Assembly: GCA_963663235.2 (NCBI GenBank)
Contig: CAXXNO010000004.1
Location: 352,001-416,000, forward strand
Source of the DNA: Dehalococcoidia bacterium
GTDB lineage: Bacteria; Chloroflexota; Dehalococcoidia; Bin125
Reading direction: 5' to 3'
Length of the DNA: 64,000 nt
Shown: positions 59,979-64,000 of the stretch, in pieces
Position numbering within the stretch: the stretch's first letter is position 1
Layout of the letters: each line of letters begins with the position of its first letter
Made by a program: the position numbers and the translations under genes
Notes under the pieces: generated by a model
What the model was told of the DNA's origin: nothing
Seen by the model: the letters and a program-made list of their open reading frames with translations, nothing else
Databases searched by the model: none

Positions 59979-60904
59979 TCCTTACTCTGTTCCGCATCGC
60001 GTTGGGCGGCGTCGGCCCTGCGCCGACGCCGGCGACGCGACCGACGTTTGCGGGTGGGCCCGTCCGGCGCCTGGGCGGCCGGCTCCTCGCCGGCGGGTTC
60101 TTCGGTGTCCGACGGCTGATCTTGGCGATCGGGCGCGGCGGCGGGCCTGGGGGCGAGCATGGGCTCCATTGTGAAGAGGTCCCGCCAGCGGAAGTTCTCC
60201 GGGCCGTTGTAGATGTAGGCGGCGACGATGCCGAAGAGGCTGGTGACCACCCAGTACAAGCCCAGGCCGCTGGGCACCGAGACGGTGAAGAAGGCGAACA
60301 TGAGCGGCATCATCCAGAGCATCGTGCGGTTCATGGACGCCGACCGATCGCTGGGGGAGATGGCTCGGGCGGTGCTGAGCTTCTGCTGCACAAAGGTGGT
60401 GAGGCCGACGAGGATGGCCAGCGGCAGCGAGGGGCTGCCGAGGTCCAGGAAGAGGAAGTCCCGATTGAGCGGCACGGCGCCCGTGATGAAGCTCCAGTCA
60501 TAGAGGCGGCTGGAGAGGCCGAAGAGCTCCTCCGGGGCGTCGCTGAGGGTGTTGCGGATGACCCGGAACAGGGCGATCCAGATGGGCATCTGGATGAGCA
60601 GCGGCACCGCGCAGCCCAAGGGGTTGAACCCCACCTCCCGGTACATCTTCATCATTTCCTGCTGGCGGCGGCGGGGGTCCTTGTACTTCTTCTGGATCTC
60701 CTGGAGCCGCGGCTGCATCGCCTGCATCGCCCGAGTGGTCCGAAACTGGCGCAGGGTCAGCGGGTAGGTGATGAGACGGATGACGATGGTGAAGGCGATA
60801 ATCGCCAGCCCGTAGTTGTCGAACAGAACGTTCGACAGGATGATGAGGAAGTTCGTCATCGGGTTGACGAGGACTTCGTTCCAGATGAATCCGATGATCT
60901 CCAT
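59975..60904 (-). CDS. yidC: membrane protein insertase YidC (short, monoderm-type)
   Basis: YGLAII..T..IR, MQP..QEIQKKYK, NPLGC..P.LIQMPI, PSGLGLYW. Confidence 0.96.
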   Translation of the reverse strand: MEIIGFIWNEVLVNPMTNFLIILSNVLFDNYGLAIIAFTIVIRLITYPLTLRQFRTTRAMQAMQPRLQEIQKKYKDPRRRQQEMMKMYREVGFNPLGCAVPLLIQMPIWIALFRVIRNTLSDAPEELFGLSSRLYDWSFITGAVPLNRDFLFLDLGSPSLPLAILVGLTTFVQQKLSTARAISPSDRSASMNRTMLWMMPLMFAFFTVSVPSGLGLYWVVTSLFGIVAAYIYNGPENFRWRDLFTMEPMLAPRPAAAPDRQDQPSDTEEPAGEEPAAQAPDGPTRKRRSRRRRRRRADAAQRDAEQSKD

Positions 60905-60928
60905 GTGTCTGGTTTGGCCTCCGGCGGC

Positions 60929-62176
60929 TCAGGCGGAGCCGCCGCCATCTGGAGCGGTGCAGGGCTGGGCGGGCTTGGGATCCGGGAAGCACTCGCGCGC
61001 GTCGTCGCGATTGACCTGAATCTCGTACAGCTCCCCCGCTTCGTTGGCCACGAGGAACGGTGAGCCGATCGATGTGCCGAGGGCGAGCGGGTTGGCGTAA
61101 AACAGGCTGTCCAGCTCCTCGAACGGGGAGACCCAAACCTCGGTGCCCCGCCCGCTGTCGATCGCGTGGGCCTTCCCGGCCCGGGTCATCACCACGAGAA
61201 CGAGCATTTCGCCGTCGGCCATGAGGAGGGGGCGGGCGCGGATGGCGCCGCCCGCGTCGTAGGGCTCGGCCCAGCGCTCGTCCCCGGTGGCGGCGTCCCA
61301 AGCCCAGACGCTGCCGGCGAGGTCGGCGGCGTAGACCGTGCCGTCCCGGATGAGGGCGGAGGTCCAGAACCAGTCCCGGCCCTCGCGGCTCCAGATCTCC
61401 GTACCGTCCTCGATGTCGATGGCGTAGAAGCGGCGGTCGAAGCTGCCGATGAAGAGCCGCCCGTCCGCGACGACCGCGTCGCTGCCGATCCCCGCGCCGG
61501 CCTGGAAGCGCCAGACCTCGCCGCCGTCGGCGGTGCGCAGGGCATGGATGGTCCCGTCCAGCGCGGGGACGATCAGGAGTTGGCCGTGCTCCCGGCTCTG
61601 CGCCAGGGCGGGCGTGCCCCACACCTCGTTGGCGAGGTCGTCGAAGGTCCACAGGTCCTCTTCGGGGTTGTCGGTGTCGACGGCGATGACGCGCTTGTCG
61701 GTCGTGGCGATGTAGGCGACGCGGTCGTCCGCCACCACGCTCGCCACCACGCTGTCGGCGGTGTCAAAGATCAGGCGGGCGCTGGAGCCGTCGATGCGGA
61801 TCGCGTAGACTTTGCCGTCGCTCCAGGTCCCCACCAGGATCTCGTCTTGACCCAGGAGGGTGGGGTCGCCGTAGAACGCGCCCGTGGGGACTTCCTCATC
61901 GAGGCCGCGAAAACGGTTGTCCCTGGCCGGGTCCGGGAACTCCCAGATGAGCTCCCCCGTGGAGTCGGTGGGGTCGATGGCGGCGATGCGGTCGCGCCCG
62001 GCGGCGAAGATGATCAGGTCGCGCTCTCGCTCGTCGATGACGACGTCGGGGACGAGGAGCGGCGCCGCCCAGCCGTCGGCGTTGTCGCCGATCCCGCAGG
62101 CGGCCAGGAGAAGGGGGACGAGGAGCAGGGGCAGGACCGCGAGGGGCGAGTGTTTCACGTGAAACCAGTGGCTCAT
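60929..62176 (-). CDS. PQQ-like beta-propeller (BamB-like) lipoprotein
   Basis: Lipobox LAAC, repeated A.D..TG...W blades (AIDIEDGTEIW, AWDAATGDERW, AIDSGRGTEVW); ATG 62176 overlaps the yidD stop. Confidence 0.9.
   Translation of the reverse strand: MSHWFHVKHSPLAVLPLLLVPLLLAACGIGDNADGWAAPLLVPDVVIDERERDLIIFAAGRDRIAAIDPTDSTGELIWEFPDPARDNRFRGLDEEVPTGAFYGDPTLLGQDEILVGTWSDGKVYAIRIDGSSARLIFDTADSVVASVVADDRVAYIATTDKRVIAVDTDNPEEDLWTFDDLANEVWGTPALAQSREHGQLLIVPALDGTIHALRTADGGEVWRFQAGAGIGSDAVVADGRLFIGSFDRRFYAIDIEDGTEIWSREGRDWFWTSALIRDGTVYAADLAGSVWAWDAATGDERWAEPYDAGGAIRARPLLMADGEMLVLVVMTRAGKAHAIDSGRGTEVWVSPFEELDSLFYANPLALGTSIGSPFLVANEAGELYEIQVNRDDARECFPDPKPAQPCTAPDGGGSA
62151..62166. promoter_or_regulatory. 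parS site
   Basis: TGTTTCACGTGAAACC, 15/16 match to TGTTTCACGTGAAACA, AT-rich in a GC-rich context, about 3 kb from parAB. Confidence 0.88.
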
Positions 62177-62433
62177 CAGGAGGCCGTCTCGTGGGGCGCG
62201 CGCAGGGCATCGGTGTGGCCGGCGGGAACGGCCGGGTCGTAGCCCCCAGCGTTGAAGGGATTGCAGCGCAGGATCCGCCAGGCGGTCCGGACCCCGCCCC
62301 GGAGCAGGCAGTAGCGGGCGATGGACTGAGCGCCGTACTCGGAGCAAGAGGGCTCAAAGCGGCAGCTGGGCGGGGTCTGAGGTGAGATGTGGCGTTGGTA
62401 GCCCCGGATCAGCCACAGAGCCAGGCGGCTCAC
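62176..62433 (-). CDS. yidD: membrane protein insertion efficiency factor
   Basis: YQRHISP..PPSCRFEPSCSEY, RILRCNPF..GGYDP. Confidence 0.95.
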   Translation of the reverse strand: MSRLALWLIRGYQRHISPQTPPSCRFEPSCSEYGAQSIARYCLLRGGVRTAWRILRCNPFNAGGYDPAVPAGHTDALRAPHETAS

Positions 62434-62777
62434 TCCGCCGCCTCGCGGCTCAGCAGGCCGGCGCGGGCCAGCAGGCCGCGCAGGGATTGGTCCAGCGCCG
62501 GGAATGGGGCTTCCATCGCCTGGCGCCGCGCGATGACCACGACGTCCGCCTTCCCCTCCGCCCCGCTGAGCCGCGCGGACTCCCGCAGCCGTCGCTTGAG
62601 GCGGTTCCGCGCCGGTGCATGCCCCAGCCGCCGCCCGACCGCGAACCCGAAGCGCGGGACCGGGGTGGTGGGGTTGGCTCGCACTCGGAGCACGAGCAAC
62701 CTCCCCTGGTAGGCCGTACCGCTGCGGTAGACGGCAGCGAAATCTTGGCGATGTCGGAGCCGCTGCGGGCGGCGCAT
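62430..62777 (-). CDS. rnpA: RNase P protein
   Basis: RL....DF..VY, RFGFAVGRRLG.A..RNRLKRRLRE. Confidence 0.95.
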   Translation of the reverse strand: MRRPQRLRHRQDFAAVYRSGTAYQGRLLVLRVRANPTTPVPRFGFAVGRRLGHAPARNRLKRRLRESARLSGAEGKADVVVIARRQAMEAPFPALDQSLRGLLARAGLLSREAAE

Positions 62778-62809
62778 CGGCGGGCGGCCGCGCCGCCCGT
62801 ATTCACCTT

Positions 62810-62950
62810 CTAGACCACGGTCAACCGCTTCCGTCCGCGTTGGCGGCGGCGCTTGAGCACCGCCCGCCCTCCCCGCGTGGCCATGCGTTTGCGGAAGCCG
62901 TGTTCGCGCTTGCGCGGAATTCGTTTGGGCTGATAGGTGCGCTTGGGCAT
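62810..62950 (-). CDS. rpmH: 50S ribosomal protein L34, below the ORF-track cutoff
   Basis: Hand translation [46 protein letters not shown]. Confidence 0.97.
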   Translation of the reverse strand: MPKRTYQPKRIPRKREHGFRKRMATRGGRAVLKRRRQRGRKRLTVV

Positions 62951-63025
62951 CGGTAGTTTCGATCCGGGATCGCTCTGCGGCGACCGGACCGCGGGAGGCA
63001 GTATCTCATCCGCCGCTGATGCCGG

Positions 63026-64000
63026 TCAATTCAGCGGGGAGGGCGGCGGCGCGGAGACGGTCGTGTCGCCGGACGTCAGGAGGGTCGGCGCGCCGCCGCC
63101 GCCGTAGACGAACTGGTACCAGGCGTAGTTCTCCAGCACCAACTGGATGTAGAGGCGCGTCTCGGCGAACGTGACCAACTCATAGAAGAGGTCGGCGTCG
63201 ATCGTGGCGTCGCCGCCCGACCAGCGCGCGGCGGTGCCAGGGCCGGCGTTGTACGCCGCCAGCGCGAGCGTCGTGGCGCCGTCGAAGAGGTCGAGTTGGC
63301 CCGCGAGGTAAAAGGCGCCGTAGCGGATGGCGCGCTGCGGCCGGAACAGCGAGGCGGGGTCGAAGGCGATCTCGCCCAGCGCGATCGCGATGTCGGCCCC
63401 GGTCGGCGCGATCACTTGGGTGAGCCCCAGCGCGCCGGCGGGAGATCCGGCATCCGGGTTGAAGCGGCTCTCCTGGCGGATCAGGGCGTAGAGGAGCAGG
63501 TCATCGAGGCCCCGCTCGGCGGCCTCGCGCTGGGCGAGCGCAGGCCAGCCGCGGGGGTAAGCCCAGCGAAGGATCTCCAGGGGGGCGGCGGGCCGATCAG
63601 CCGGCGCGAGATTGTCCAGCAGGACGGCAGCCGCCTCCAGGCGCAGGTGCGTCAGCGCGAGCCGGTCCAGGTCACGGCCGAGGCGGTACAGCAGCCAGGG
63701 GTCGTGCCGGTTGGCGTCGATGACGGCGGCGAAGCGGGCGTCCGCCTCCGCGCGCATCCCCGCGCCGGCCAGTTCGCGCGCGGCGCGCAGGTCAAGGCTC
63801 GCATCCAGGGTTGCCCAGCGGGCCGCGGGCTCCGGTCCCACCGTGGACTTGAGCCAGGCGACGGTGACGGCCGGATCGACGGGGGCCGGATCGGGACGGG
63901 AGGCGAAGCTCTGTGCGGTCACGCGAGGCGCAGCGGGATCGCCCGCCAGCAGGGCCTGGGCGCGCAGGCCGTAGAGCGAGAGCGGGTCCAGCGCGACGGC
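63026..64000 (-). CDS. soluble lytic transglycosylase (Slt-like), 5' truncated by the window edge
   Basis: ALIRQESRF, GALGLTQV, ALAAYNAG, ETRLY; frame stays open to 64000. Confidence 0.92.
   Translation of the reverse strand, partial: AVALDPLSLYGLRAQALLAGDPAAPRVTAQSFASRPDPAPVDPAVTVAWLKSTVGPEPAARWATLDASLDLRAARELAGAGMRAEADARFAAVIDANRHDPWLLYRLGRDLDRLALTHLRLEAAAVLLDNLAPADRPAAPLEILRWAYPRGWPALAQREAAERGLDDLLLYALIRQESRFNPDAGSPAGALGLTQVIAPTGADIAIALGEIAFDPASLFRPQRAIRYGAFYLAGQLDLFDGATTLALAAYNAGPGTAARWSGGDATIDADLFYELVTFAETRLYIQLVLENYAWYQFVYGGGGAPTLLTSGDTTVSAPPPSPLN

Overview
Gene-dense, very GC-rich (roughly 70% by eye) core-chromosome segment of a probable monoderm bacterium. It is most consistent with Chloroflexota, possibly Dehalococcoidia-related; this is inferred from the L34 start [19 protein letters not shown], the DnaK tail TVEGEFREV and the gene order. 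It holds pyrG-fsa-rho, hrcA-grpE-dnaK-dnaJ-prmA with a perfect CIRCE, dnaE, lysC-thrB, tmk, pdxST, usp-trkA-trkA-pheA-fpg, larBC, the tRNA(Thr,Tyr,Thr)-tuf-rpmG-secE-nusG-rplKAJL cluster, ispDF-cysS, lysA-holB-ricT and rpmH-rnpA-yidD-(beta-propeller lipoprotein)-yidC-jag-parAB with a parS site. I saw no CRISPR array, prophage, integrase or IS. The best candidate for an undescribed system is an intact two-gene unit head-to-head with hrcA: a FabF/KS-fold protein lacking the Cys-His-His triad and an MBL-fold protein lacking its metal-binding histidines. Other oddities are a ThiS/MoaD protein with a capped Gly-Gly, a parS site inside a signal-peptide coding sequence, a start-less reading frame between dnaE and an M23 gene, a nested aspartokinase beta start, a His-poor LarC and tandem-repeat expansions in NusG, DnaK and RicT. 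Frameshifts in dnaK and dnaE are most likely consensus indel errors. All calls come from motif recognition by eye; no database search was run.
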